From contig NW_005434641.1 of assembly GCF_000315625.1 (NCBI RefSeq), forward strand, positions 139,113 to 203,112: DNA of 64,000 nt. Direction: 5' to 3'. The position numbers were made by a program, and so were the translations under genes. How positions within the stretch are numbered: position 1 is the stretch's first letter; every line of letters begins with the position of its first letter. The stretch comes from Guillardia theta CCMP2712. Its lineage: Eukaryota > Protista > Cryptophyta. The notes under the pieces were generated by a model. The model ran no database searches and was not told the origin of the DNA. It saw only the letters and a list, made by a program, of their open reading frames with translations. Positions 31,701-42,985 of this stretch are shown in pieces.

Positions 31701-32778
31701 CGACATCTCGCGGGTCGGGCATGAGGTGCTGTAGCAGCTGCTGTAGGAGAACAGGGGAGGGCTGAACGCTGGAGTCCCCTGGCAGATCGGGGACAAGTTC
31801 TACTTGATCGACAGGGATGGCGATGGGATCATCTCGGAGGACGAGCTCAAGGATGCAATTCAGGTTTGTCAGGCAGAGAGTGAGCGAGCGAGCAGACTGA
31901 CGTGCTGCCGACCCTCCAGGCTGTGCTCAAGAAGAAACTCAACTCGGAGGAGCTGGCCGCTGTCATTGCTTTCCTCGACGTCTCCCGGGTACTTTGTTGT
32001 GGAGCAGGAGTGTCATTCTCATCCCTCCTATCTTCAGGACGGGAAGATCGACATGCTGGATGTGCAGAAGATCGCTCACTCATTTGCCAGCGCGAGGCAC
32101 GAGGTAGGAACCAGTGCTCCCCGTCAGCTCGTGACCTTGTCCGCAGCTGCTGACTAGTGAGGAGGGAATCGCGCATGTCAAACTCCCGGAGTTCATGAAC
32201 GTTAGCAGACATCTCCGTCCTTTTCCTCGCATCCTGTCGCTATCAGCTGCCGTTTTCTATTCTCCGTCCCTCCTCTGCCTTTTCTTCCCTCCTCCCACTT
32301 CACCTCCTCTGTGTTCCTCGCCTGCTCCTCCGCATGTGTGTGCCCTGTGCTTCCCTGCTGCTTTTCTCCTTCGACTTCCTCCTCTTCGAGTTTCTCACGC
32401 TGGGCTCAGCAACCCGTTGAGGATCTCACGGACACGCAAGCTGCCATGTGGGGAGCACTGCTGGAGGAATACAGAGACAAGGTGAGACGAGAGAGAGCTG
32501 GAATGGCTGGGCAGAAGCTAAAATTCTCCAGATTCGGGAGCAAAAGCAGCTGCTTGATACGGAGAAGCGTCTTGAGGTGGGAGGAGGGGAAGGAGGGGTG
32601 GACTCGGGATTCACTTTAGCTGCAGAAGGAAAGATTTGCCAAGGAGAAAGCGGCGCTCGAGGAGGCGAAGGCAAGTTCATTGAGGCTCTGTTCCGAGCTT
32701 ACATGCTTGCAGGCATTGAAGGAGCAGGCGACAAAGGAGCAGGCAGGAAAGGAGCAGGCGCGGGAGGGCGGTGCATGA
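28739..32778 (+). CDS. LETM1: LETM1 mitochondrial inner-membrane protein with C-terminal EF-hands and coiled coil
   Basis: HEAYHYWLGTKLL, LSRREYRQLRTTSTDLLKMVPF, PFMELALPVILWAFPGILPSTF, DDITLDN, RGMRSVGL; EF loop DRDGDGIISEDEL; many short 3' exons; start approximate. Confidence 0.95.
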
Positions 32779-32951
32779 TTGAGAAATGAACGTTGAGATG
32801 GAGGATTCACAAGGCATGACCACAGTGAGAACAAGATAATGCAGCAGGACACAATAGAGCAACATTCAGCAGGTAGCAAAGCAAACTGAGAAAGAGAAAT
32901 GAAATTATTTGCAAGTCAAGGAAGTCTATTCCACCTCTCAGATTAAAAGTT

Positions 32952-34291
32952 TCACTCGTCGTCCATGTCCTCCTCCAGCGCTTTCTTCGCCTCCTCCTCA
33001 GCTTGCTGCAAGCATGTCAATCAGCCATGTGAAGGTGAAAAATCTGCTCGCACTCAACCTGAGCAAGCTCCTTGGGAACCATCTTGTGCTTCCATCCCGA
33101 TTCCTCACATATCCAGCTACACAATTCAAGTCAACAATCAGCACACTCCCTCGCCTCCTTCACCAACCTCAACTCAAGCTCGAAGTCCTTATCCTTGACG
33201 TCATCGTGGACTGAGTGGATGATCCTGGCGACCTCCTTGAGCACTTCTCTGCATGTCGTCTCGTTCAACTTGATCTTCTCCATCTCCACCTTTGCCGGCT
33301 GCTTCCCCTTGCCGATCGCGCAACCAAAGTAGTTGTAGGTCAACCCCGAGGGCTCAATCATCCAGAGGAAGGGTCCATCCTTGTCCACTCCGCCGATCAA
33401 CACCGAAGCTCCGAAGGGTCTCACAGACCAGTACATTGTGTACGCATGCACAAATCCAGCTACTCTCTCCGCTAGAACTTTTCCTGGGATGGGCTCTCCA
33501 TAGAACTCCTTGTATGAGGCAGCTTCATCGCGCGCCCTGTTCACAAGTTGTCTTCCATCTGCCAGCAAACCAGACACAGCCATGCCAACATGATCGTCGA
33601 CGGTCAACAATCTTCGGCTAGAACCCTCAACCAGCATCTTCGAGATGACCAACTTTTCGAAACCCAACACAACCCCATCCTTGCAGCGGACGCCTACAGC
33701 AGTGCTGCCAACAGGATGTCAGAACAGTACACGCTTCTAGCGTACACTTACCCACTACTCTCCACAGCTTTCCCAGCATATTCTACCTGAAACACTCTCC
33801 CATCTGGCGAGTAACTTGTAGTGTACAAGTCGTACTGTCATGTACAGTCAGCGTTCACACAAAGGAAATGATCTTTGAAACTACTGAGTTCAATCGCTCG
33901 TCTTCATTTACAAGACACAAACGCATCTTCAAACTTTCAAGCTAGATTGACCTACCTACATTCTCATTCTATGGTTAGCCACATACTGCCGAACCCTTTC
34001 ACCTAATCAATTGTAGCAACAGCAGCCACATTTTCATTTCTGACCATTAAAGAGGAACACGCGAGAAGAAAAACAAAGATGTCCGTTCTCCCCTGGTTCC
34101 AACCACAGCATGACAGCGAGAAGGACCAGAATCGTCTCTCCTCTCCTCCTCTCTCCCTATCGAATCCACACCTCTCCTTCAATCTACTTCCTCCTTGTCA
34201 CATACTGTGTTAGATCATCTTCTTCTCCTCCTCCTCCTCTGTCCTTCTTCTCCTCCTCCTCCTCTCTTACCCCAGTGCCGATGGAGCTCAT
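32952..34291 (-). CDS. PSMA3: 20S proteasome subunit alpha-7 (alpha type 3)
   Basis: Spliced MSSIGTG|[16 protein letters not shown]|VEYAGKAVE..., [27 protein letters not shown]. Confidence 0.97.
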
Positions 34292-35822
34292 TGCCGCCGG
34301 ATGGAGATGGACACCTGGCCAGTGTTCGTTATGTGATCGTTACATAGTTCGTTATCACGACGTTTTAACGAGACCGTGCAGTGAGCGCCGGTTGCGCCGG
34401 TACCGTAGCCTTAAAAAGGCCCCGGCGAGGCCGGGCCGCGGTGTGACTCCCGTACGGTCCGATCCGATCCGATCCGGGCCGATCGGACGGGCGGGGTCGG
34501 GGCTTCTTCTTGCAAACTGCTGAGCGTCTCATTCGAATCCGAGTGCAACCCCATTTCTGACAGGCTCGAGTACCCGACGGTGCCAGTGACCGGCCGCGGC
34601 GGCCGCTCCCGCCCGGGCGGCCGGGCCGGACGGTGAGTCACTGTCAAGCCCGGCCGGGCACTGAGCCTCCGAGCCCCCCGGGTGTTGAGGCAACTGATCA
34701 GAGCAAGCCTCATGACCTCAGGTCATGTCAACTGAGCACTCCCGGAGGGCCGCCTGAGCCTCCGTCGATGACCGTGTGGCTCTGTGCCGCACTGACCGTC
34801 AAGCCGCTCACGGACTGAAGGACAGCAACAGCTACCAGGTTGAATAGGGACGGCGACGTAGGAGGATCACGAAGAAGACAGCAAGAATCTAGGACCCATG
34901 GAGAACAGCACTGATGTGACTGGCAGGAATAACGGCTGAGAGCAACTATGAGTCAACTCGACAGGAAGCGTTGGATGAGAATCGAAGACCGTCTCATCAT
35001 GTCAAGGCGGCCTATGACTCTCTCCACGGTGACTGCCGGGAGCCTCCAGGCTAATCAGTAGTCACGGTGATGGGGCTAGGACGGTCGGACTTGGACCGGA
35101 GTCCGATCGAAGGACCGTACGGGGCATCAGTACGGTAGTACGGTACTACGGTAGTACCGCAGACTCAGTACGAAGCCTTCTGGCAACATCGGCAGTGATC
35201 GCAAGTATCATCACCGTATACTCAGATACTTCAAGTGACTGTCTACTTCGTGTGAGGAGAGAGTTCCAATGGAAATCTCGACATATTCTAAAATTTTGGG
35301 CCGCAGCGCCTCACCGGGGGCCGGGCCTCGGAGTGCCAGATGCCTGTTCAACGGTTGTCATTTACATAACAGGCTTGTAATCAGTCACTTGAGGATATTC
35401 AGTCTCAAGACTTTGGGGATGTGACTTTGGGTGCGGCCGGGCTGGCGGGGCGGCGGGAGCTGAGCCAATCCGGCGAGCCCGGCCGCGCCGCGCGTTCCGA
35501 GTGACTGAAATGGCATTACCGGCCGCAGTGTGAAGGTGACTCAGACCGCGGACGGTGAAGTGACCCGGGGTGACTCCGGTGACTCTGGCGTATCAGCGGC
35601 CCCGCCGCCGACGGACTCGTGACTCGGTCCGTTTGGCGGGCCGGGCGCGGCCCGGCCGTCGACTCGATCATCGGATAACTGCATTGAACATCTTTGAGTA
35701 AAGAACATCATGGCCCGGTGTAGTTACTGCACGGCACGTTTTTAGTCTGAAACCTTAGTAGTCACCAGTACTAGTAGCTAAAAAAAGAAAGCGCATTCCC
35801 CCTTGACGTCTACGTGACAACG

Positions 35823-38800
35823 ATGTGGGGCTGCTCCTACTGCGAAGTGAGGAAACAGTCTGGCAGCGATGAGACGCTTGTTTGCTTGACCTGCACGTTT
35901 GATGGAGATGCTTTCTTTGCTCGTCTACACTCACATCCTCATATCATGCTCCTTCCGCTTCTGACTCGACAGGCTCCAGATTGGGCTCATTGGGCTCCAG
36001 TTTGGGCTCCATTCAAGTACCAACGACTTCACAACATGCGTAATATCAAGGGCTGCAAGGGGATCGATTTGCTGACATTCAATTGTCTTCATGGCGTTTC
36101 CACATGTGTGAATGGGCGAGATAGGCGGTAAGTAGTATCTTTATTGGAACTTCCCATTGTCTAGCTGACATGTATCTTCGCGTTTTGGCCGGTTTTCAAC
36201 CTGGATGGTCGTCGTGAATGGGACTGGATAGAGTGTAAGTTAAAATTTCGTCATAAGCATCCAGGGGATGATGAGACTGACATGTACTTGTGTTTTCATG
36301 GATGTTTCATCGGACGGGTCGTGAATAGCGTGTAAGTTATCATCATGACGATTTGGCTCGCTGAACTGTGGTGTTGCAATGTCTGTCGTTTGTCATCGGA
36401 TGGGCGATGAATTGGGCATGGCCAGCGGGTAAGTCAAGATCCGATAAAATGCGCGGTCAGGGGAGAATTAAACTGACATGTACTTTGTTTCATCGGATGG
36501 GTATGGATGGGGCTGGATAGGAGGTAAGCGAGCATGAAGAAAGATGAGTTAGAGATGGATAAGGACTGACATGCATTTCGCAAACTCCATTGTTTTGGCT
36601 TGAATGGGCCATGAATGGGGCTGGGCCGATGACAGCCGGTAATTGAGGAAGATGAAAGTTGTGCTCAACGATTGGCTGACGTGCTTTTGTTCTTTTCGAA
36701 AATGAAAATCGCTTCTGGCTGGAACTGGAAACAATTGACTGGATAGGGAGTGAGTAGCATTTGCAATGATGCGGTCATGTTTACATTGCATGTTTTTTCT
36801 TGAAATCTTCTTGTCTCGGTTCGCATGAAAACCTATGCTCCGGATAGTTTGTAAGTGCCTTGTTGAAAGAAACAGTATGCTGACACGTATCTTTGAATCG
36901 GTTTGGGGTGTGAATGGGGCTGGATAGGCGGTAAGTGAGTATGATGAACGATGCGTTGAGGAGACAACAAGCTCAACTGACATTTGATTTTGCTTTTTCT
37001 GTCGTATTTTCTGTCGCTTGGGGTGTGAATGGGGCTGGTTAGGAGGTAAGTTATAATCATGAAAGAAGCGGAACTGACGTAGTGTACTTATGTCTTTTCG
37101 TCGATTATTTGCGAATTTACTGTTGGTGGGGCTGGATAGAAAGTGAGAATCGCTCAGGGAGCCGTATGTTGGCTGACTTGTATTTTTGCAACTTCCTTCA
37201 CTTTGGGCTGCTCGGCTGAGGTGCGAATGGGGCTGGATAGTGGGTAAGTAGCGATGATGAAAGATGCGTTCACAGAACGATAGGGACTGACGTGTACTTG
37301 GATTGTGTATTTATGGGTTTCTCATCGAATTCATTGTTGGTGCGGCTTGATAGAAAGTAAGTGAGGACGATGAAAGATGCGCTCGGGGAAAAATGTTAGC
37401 TGACATGTATCTTTTCCATTCGGTTTGTTGCTGTCATGATTTGGGTTCTAGTGCTGCATTTGCTACCTCGACAATAGGTCTGAAGATGAAAGGCAAGCAT
37501 ACATGTGTCAGCACTGCAAGGATCGACGCTCGTGCATGCACAGCCTTGAGCAAGAACTTGCATCAGAAAGACCCAGCAGGCAGGACGCCATCGCTAAGAT
37601 CGAGGAGGTCCGCAAGCACGTTAACAACGTGGGAAAGCAGTTTGCCGGGAGACTGGACCTGGTCAAGTGTCATTACATCTTCGGTATGCAAGAGATAGAT
37701 ACCTCTGCTGTCGATGAAGTGAAGCAGCTTCTGTCTGGGGGGGAGCTCGGGAGCTGCTACAACAGCAAGGAGGGTGAGCTTGACATGTCTATCAAGACGG
37801 ACAGCATGACACGATATGTGATACGAGATCTGAGAATGAAGAGCCTGCCTCCCTGGATTGCCGATCTCGGCATCCCTCTTCGAATTATCAACGTGTCCGG
37901 CAACCCCAGCCTCTCTCGCGTTCCCTTGGATGAGCTGTGCAGCATGGAAGCTAGCCTGAAGGAGGTCAAATGTGAGAACTGTATCCGCCTACAGGTGCCT
38001 CCCCCCGAGATCGCCAGGCAGGGAGGGGCAGCTGCCCTCAGGTACCTGCAGAGTGTCAAGAGAGACGGCGAGGCGAACAAGCGGATCAACCTCGTCCTCA
38101 TCGGCAACGGAGAAGCAGGCAAGACGAGCGTCCTAAGAGCTCTGAGATCAGAGGAGGACAGGGCGGACAAGATCGAGGTAGACAGGAGGACGATCGGGAT
38201 AGACCTGCACGAGTGGAGGCCCGAGGACGCTGACGGGCTGACGTTCGACGTGATGGACTTCGGGGGCCAGCAGATCTATGCCAAGACGAACCAGTACTTC
38301 ATCGTGAGGCGGGCCTTGCACCTACTGGTGTGGAACATAAGGGCGAAGCGAGACGAGCAGAGAAGTGCAGACGACAGCGAGGAGAGCATGGAAAAGCTGA
38401 AGAAGATGATCTCTACATGGCTGCGAGCTACTCAAGCGCGAGTGCCGGGAGCGAGCATATTGTTGGTAGTAACGCATATCGATCTTGCGGAGGCAGGAGA
38501 GGTGGAGCAGCAGTGTGAAGAGGTGAAGGCATGCGTGGAAGAGGAGCTGAGGAAATTGGCAGAGGATGGAGATGAGAATATCCTGCCATTACATGTGATC
38601 AACGGAGGCAAAAGCGTCAGGGTGAATTGCCTTGAGGGAGAGGGGATCAAGGAGCTGCGGCAATTGGTGTGTGAGAACGCGAAAGAGCTGCTGTGGTGGG
38701 AGGAAAGAATTCCTCGATCTTATCTGAGACTGAGAGAAGCTGTGGAGAATCGAAAGTTGGAATCTGTTTCGTACCTCAAGGTAGAGGAGTACAAGAACAT

Positions 38801-41315
38801 GTTGGAAGAGTCAGGAGTCGTCGAGAATGAGCACAAGGTGGCGACAACCTTCCTGCACGACATGGGCGTGCTCAAGTACTTTGGTCATGAGCTGAGTCTC
38901 GATCATCGCAAGGCAGACCATGACAAGTACTCCGTCGAGGACACGGTCTTCATCGATCCCGTGTGGATGATCGACGTGTTCAAGGGCGTGATGCGACATG
39001 ACTGGCAGCACCTCCTTGACTTCTTCCAGCAGGACCCGACCAAGTCCAAGAAGACAAAGAAGCTGCTGCACCTGGGTATCATCGACGAAGTCATATTCGA
39101 GTACTTGTGGCCCCAGCAAGACAGCGACTTCTGGCGCGAGGAGAAGGCTGACAAGATATCAAGATCGGCAGAGGTAGGGTTCATCAAGAGCCATGTGGAC
39201 GTCAAGGAGGCGGTAGCTCTGCTTCGGGGCTGCGACCTGGCGCACTTCCTGGGCGAGGGGATGAACGACTTGAAGGATACAGACAAGAAGAGCAGAGAGC
39301 TGCTGTGTCCCGGCATCATCCCGTCGTTCATACATGAGCACAAGCGAGCAGTGACGGACAAGCAGTCTCTCTGCGCATCTGTCGAGTGCGAGTACAACAT
39401 CTTCCCTGCCGGCTTCATCGACAGGCTGGTCGTGCTGTGCGCTGCTCGACACTTTGAGGTAGACTGCAGCGGTACGATGGCGGTGATGAAGGGCTGGGGC
39501 CGGACGCTGCTGGTGAGCTGGCGGGAAGACAAGGACCAGCACGTGCTGATAGCAGATGCGTCGACTAAGCAGCAAATCAAGAACTTGCAAGAGGACTTGA
39601 AGCGACTAGAGGCTTTCTTCCCGGGGATGAAGCGGAGGAGATACGCAGACAAGAGCTCAGGCCAGGAGGCCGTACAGGTTGGGATCTTCACGCATGGCGA
39701 GAGCTCAAGAGAATGTGCGAGGGATATTGCAGGAAAGGTGAAGAACATTTACAACGCGGAGAACCTCCCTCTAGATCTTACTTGTAGGATTCATCAATGT
39801 GACAACAAGCATGGGGATGATGCTGATGAATGTCTTGTGAACATTTTATGTATATCGACAGAGTGTCTTGATGAGCAGGGAGCTATTCGAGCAGAAAGCA
39901 ACTTCTGCAAGCTATGGAACAGATTGACAGCGAGCAAAGCGGTTATCATCCCCGTCGTACTGACAGATTACTACGACGAGCAAATCAAGTCGAAGAACAG
40001 GTTCAACGAGTGGTGGCCGCAGGAGATACAAGGGATGGAGCGATACAGGATCTTCCACGCATACCAGGAGAACGATGAAGTATCGATGCGAACGTTGTAC
40101 GAAGGCATCATCAGGAAACTTCATCAGGGACGAGGAAGCTTCGAAGACTTGTACGACGTCACCAGTCAGAACGAGCTTCTGTGCAAAGATTGCTTACATG
40201 AGTCTCAACCTGCCTCCAAAGGCGATCGAACTGTTGGCACGTTTGATCTGTCGAAGATCAAGACGATGCTAGAAGAAGAAAGCAAGGGTATTGCAGACAC
40301 ACCGCAAGGGCTCGAGCAGGAAGATATCCTCAAATACAAGGTCATGATGAACACGATCAGCTGCACAAATGGTCATGAAACATCCGTCAAAGAGGTGCTG
40401 GCATTCAATGACTCTAGCTCCCCTTGTCCCCTCTGCTTGAAGGAGAAGAGACTCCCGCACTTCTTCAGCCGACCCAAGTGCTTGAGCATGCTCGCTCGCG
40501 ACCTGACGGCCAAGATTCGCTGCGACGGATGTCAGAGGGAGGTGGAGGTGCTGGACGTCACGCCGCCACAGGTGTTCTTGAGCTACCAGTGGGGGCACGA
40601 AAACTCGACGCAGAAGATGGTGAGGGAGGTGAAGCGGTGGATCGAAGAGCAGACAAGCTTGCAGTGCTGGTTCGACGTGGAGGGAGGGATCAACCCCGGG
40701 GAAGATCACATGCAGAAGATGGAGCTGGGAGTCTCGCGCTGCGAGGTGTTTGTGGTCTTCATGAGCGACAAGTATGTCAAGAGCGCCAACTGCAGGAGAG
40801 AGTTTGCTCGGGCGTGTGAGGCAGGGAAGTACATCATCCCTGTCTTGGTGCCGGTGCTGTTTGAACCAGGTCAAGACTCAGATCGTTTAGAGTCCGAGTC
40901 AGGCTGGAAGGGCGACCACAGGCATGCAGACGACTGGTGGAAGAGAGTTGCAGTCATCGAGGGGAGCGGAGGAGCTGTTCAAGAGGTCAAGGTCGATTGG
41001 AGGCGTCTGGCGGACTTCCCAAAGACCTTTGAGATTGGAGCAGAGTGGCTAGAGCAGCAGCAGCAACAAGACAAGGCCGAAGGCGGTTTGAACATTTCAA
41101 GGCTTGAGAAGCTGGTGGCAGCAGTGCAGGCAAGGGTCTACCGGGGAGGGGTCGTGTTTCACGAGGTTGCTTGTTTGGTTGTGGCTGACTTGGGCTTGAC
41201 ATGCGATGAGCAGCAGGAGAACTCATTGCTGAGGTCGTTACATCGCCAGAAGCATCTGTTCGACTGCATTCTCCGTCGTATCAACTTGATGCAGTCCAGA
41301 TTCCAGACGAAATGA
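35823..41315 (+). CDS. Roco protein: N-terminal Zn ribbon built from microexons, short LRR, Roc GTPase, COR, Cys clusters, TIR_2
   Basis: P-loop LIGNGEAGKTS, RTIGID, DFGGQQIY, LLVVTHID; COR FLHDMGVL and VFIDPVWM; TIR VFLSYQW, SDKYVKSANCRREF. Model: exon1 35823-35846, exon2 35973-36016, 13 microexons, main exon from 37478, small intron near 41166-41216. The 5' exons are predictions. Confidence 0.9.
36017..37477 (+). other. Array of 13 three-nucleotide microexons separated by related introns
   Basis: AG|NNN|GTRAG-type units at 36125 GCG, 36232 AGT, 36329 CGT, 36426 CGG, 36521 GAG, 36636 CCG, 36747 GGA, 36848 TTT, 36928 GCG, 37043 GAG, 37140 AAA, 37241 TGG, 37354 AAA. Confidence 0.85.
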
Positions 41316-41419
41316 TCTGTGGCACGCTTGCTTGAAGGGAGACAAGGTCGATTTTTACATGATAGCTGGGTTGTGTGTGATGAACCTTTGCAGATTCCTT
41401 CTCACATCCTTGTGCAATC

Positions 41420-42870
41420 ATGATGTCTGTCTATCCGATCAAACTTCTTCCTCCTCACCTAATTCGTCATTCATCATGTTGCCCTCGATCAAGGAGACAG
41501 CAAGATGATTTATTCAGGAATGAGACGACAATCTTTGACGTCATCACCATATCTGGGGCGTCCTCGCCTCTGATGAATCCTTGCGCAACATCTCATCCAG
41601 CCTTATCAATGACCATGTCGAAAACCGCATTCACCAAGATCGCATACTACTCCAACTCAACAATTCTGACTTCCTTCCTATACATTGCTCCTTCGCACGC
41701 AAAAACCAACAAGAAACCAAGACACTCAAGAAAACAGCTTGTGACCTCTTCCTCCGACAACTTGAAGGCACACGAATACCAGAAGTTTATCAATGACCCT
41801 ACTGACTACACACCCGTCTCTTATCTCGTACAAAAGACCTCCTTTAAGGCCGCTAACAAAGAAGACCTGCTCCCTTCCCTTGTCCGCACTCTCAGTCAAT
41901 TCCTATGATGCTCCAACAAATACTCTGATACCCTTGCACTCCTTCAATCCAATGCATCGGTGTCGCCTCTCCACGTACCTATCGGCCGTCATTCTCGCAA
42001 GCGCGCAGCAACTTTTCAGCGTCTCTGCATGCAACTGACCCTCACCGCGCTTGTCTCCGGCGCTCGCCGGATGACGCCGCTCAACGCTCAAGCGTTCAGA
42101 ACAGCTACTCTCCTTGCAAGCCGACGACGAGCCGCTCGGCTCCCAAGATATGGCCCCGGCGCCCAGCTCGGACTCATCCGCTTCCTCCTCCCAGCCGTCG
42201 CTCTCTCACCAGCCGCCGCTGGCCCCTCCCAATCCTCCCGCTGCTTGATCGCAGCGTCTGCTCCCGCCGTTGCTTCCCGGTCGCAGTCCAGCTCTCAGGG
42301 CGCTGCTGCGGTAGCTGCCTTGGCCGCCTCGCCTGGGTCTCTCCCCGGCGAGGCGCGCCGGCTCCGGACGGTCTGAGACGCTCCGGAGGCTCTCGTCGGA
42401 CTTGTCTGGAGATCAGTCTCCTCAGTCCGACAGGTCCGATTACATCTCCACCTCTGCTGGAACCCCTTAGGACGGCGCTGCTGAGCTGGAGATGCCGACG
42501 GTCGCCGCATCCATGGTCCGCGCATTGTGTGTGTTGTGAGCTTCGACCTTCGGATCTTGTTGCTCGTATGCTTGAGGCAGCTTTGTGTGTTTTGCTTTAA
42601 TAATAAATTTCTACATGTTTTGAACATGAACCCGTACTCCACCACCTCCAGCAGAGAAAGCTCGGCGTTGAGGGCGGAGACCTTGTTGCGCATGTATCCC
42701 GAATGAAACTGGTCGGTTCCAACAGGGAGCCCACCAAGAACGACCCCTCGCGTTGTGACGGGGAAGTGAAGAAGCTGGCGCTTCAAGCGTCGAGTCAGGT
42801 CTTTCTGCAGAGCAGACAGGTTGGGGAGACCATGCCAAGATTGTATGAAGATCTGAGACTCCCTAGACAT
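41420..42870. mobile_element. Degenerate non-LTR (CRE/RLE-type) retrotransposon fragments in opposite orientations
   Basis: Minus-strand GVVLGGLPVGTDQF resembles the post-RT LGxPxG motif; plus-strand LTALVSGARRMTPLNAQAFRTATLL resembles the WLxAxP...FRxAxxLRL pre-endonuclease motif; frames are broken. Confidence 0.4.
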
Positions 42871-42985
42871 TGAACGGCATCACATTTACTTCTAACGGTA
42901 CGATAACTCACCGTCACGGTGGCCACGGTTGTGACCGCCGGGCACTAGTTACTGGACCACCGTCGGAAGTTTCAAGCTTCTCATG

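Noticed and set aside
33837-34270. Hidden microexon in the long first intron of PSMA3
   Set aside because: Exon 1 (MSSIGTG) joins YDL in phase 0 with no conserved residue missing.
36549-37060. Minus-strand ORFs 36549..36983 and 36833..37060
   Set aside because: Antisense to the intron array, with no protein-like motifs.
36125-37356. Recursive (zero-length exon) splice sites
   Set aside because: Every AG and GT pair is separated by exactly 3 nt rather than 0, which fits frame-preserving exons.
36100-37400. CRISPR-like repeat-spacer array (recurrent GGGGCTGGATAG at ~100-nt period)
   Set aside because: Repeats are degenerate and consist of spliceosomal signals, the context is eukaryotic and no cas genes are present; the microexon model explains it better.
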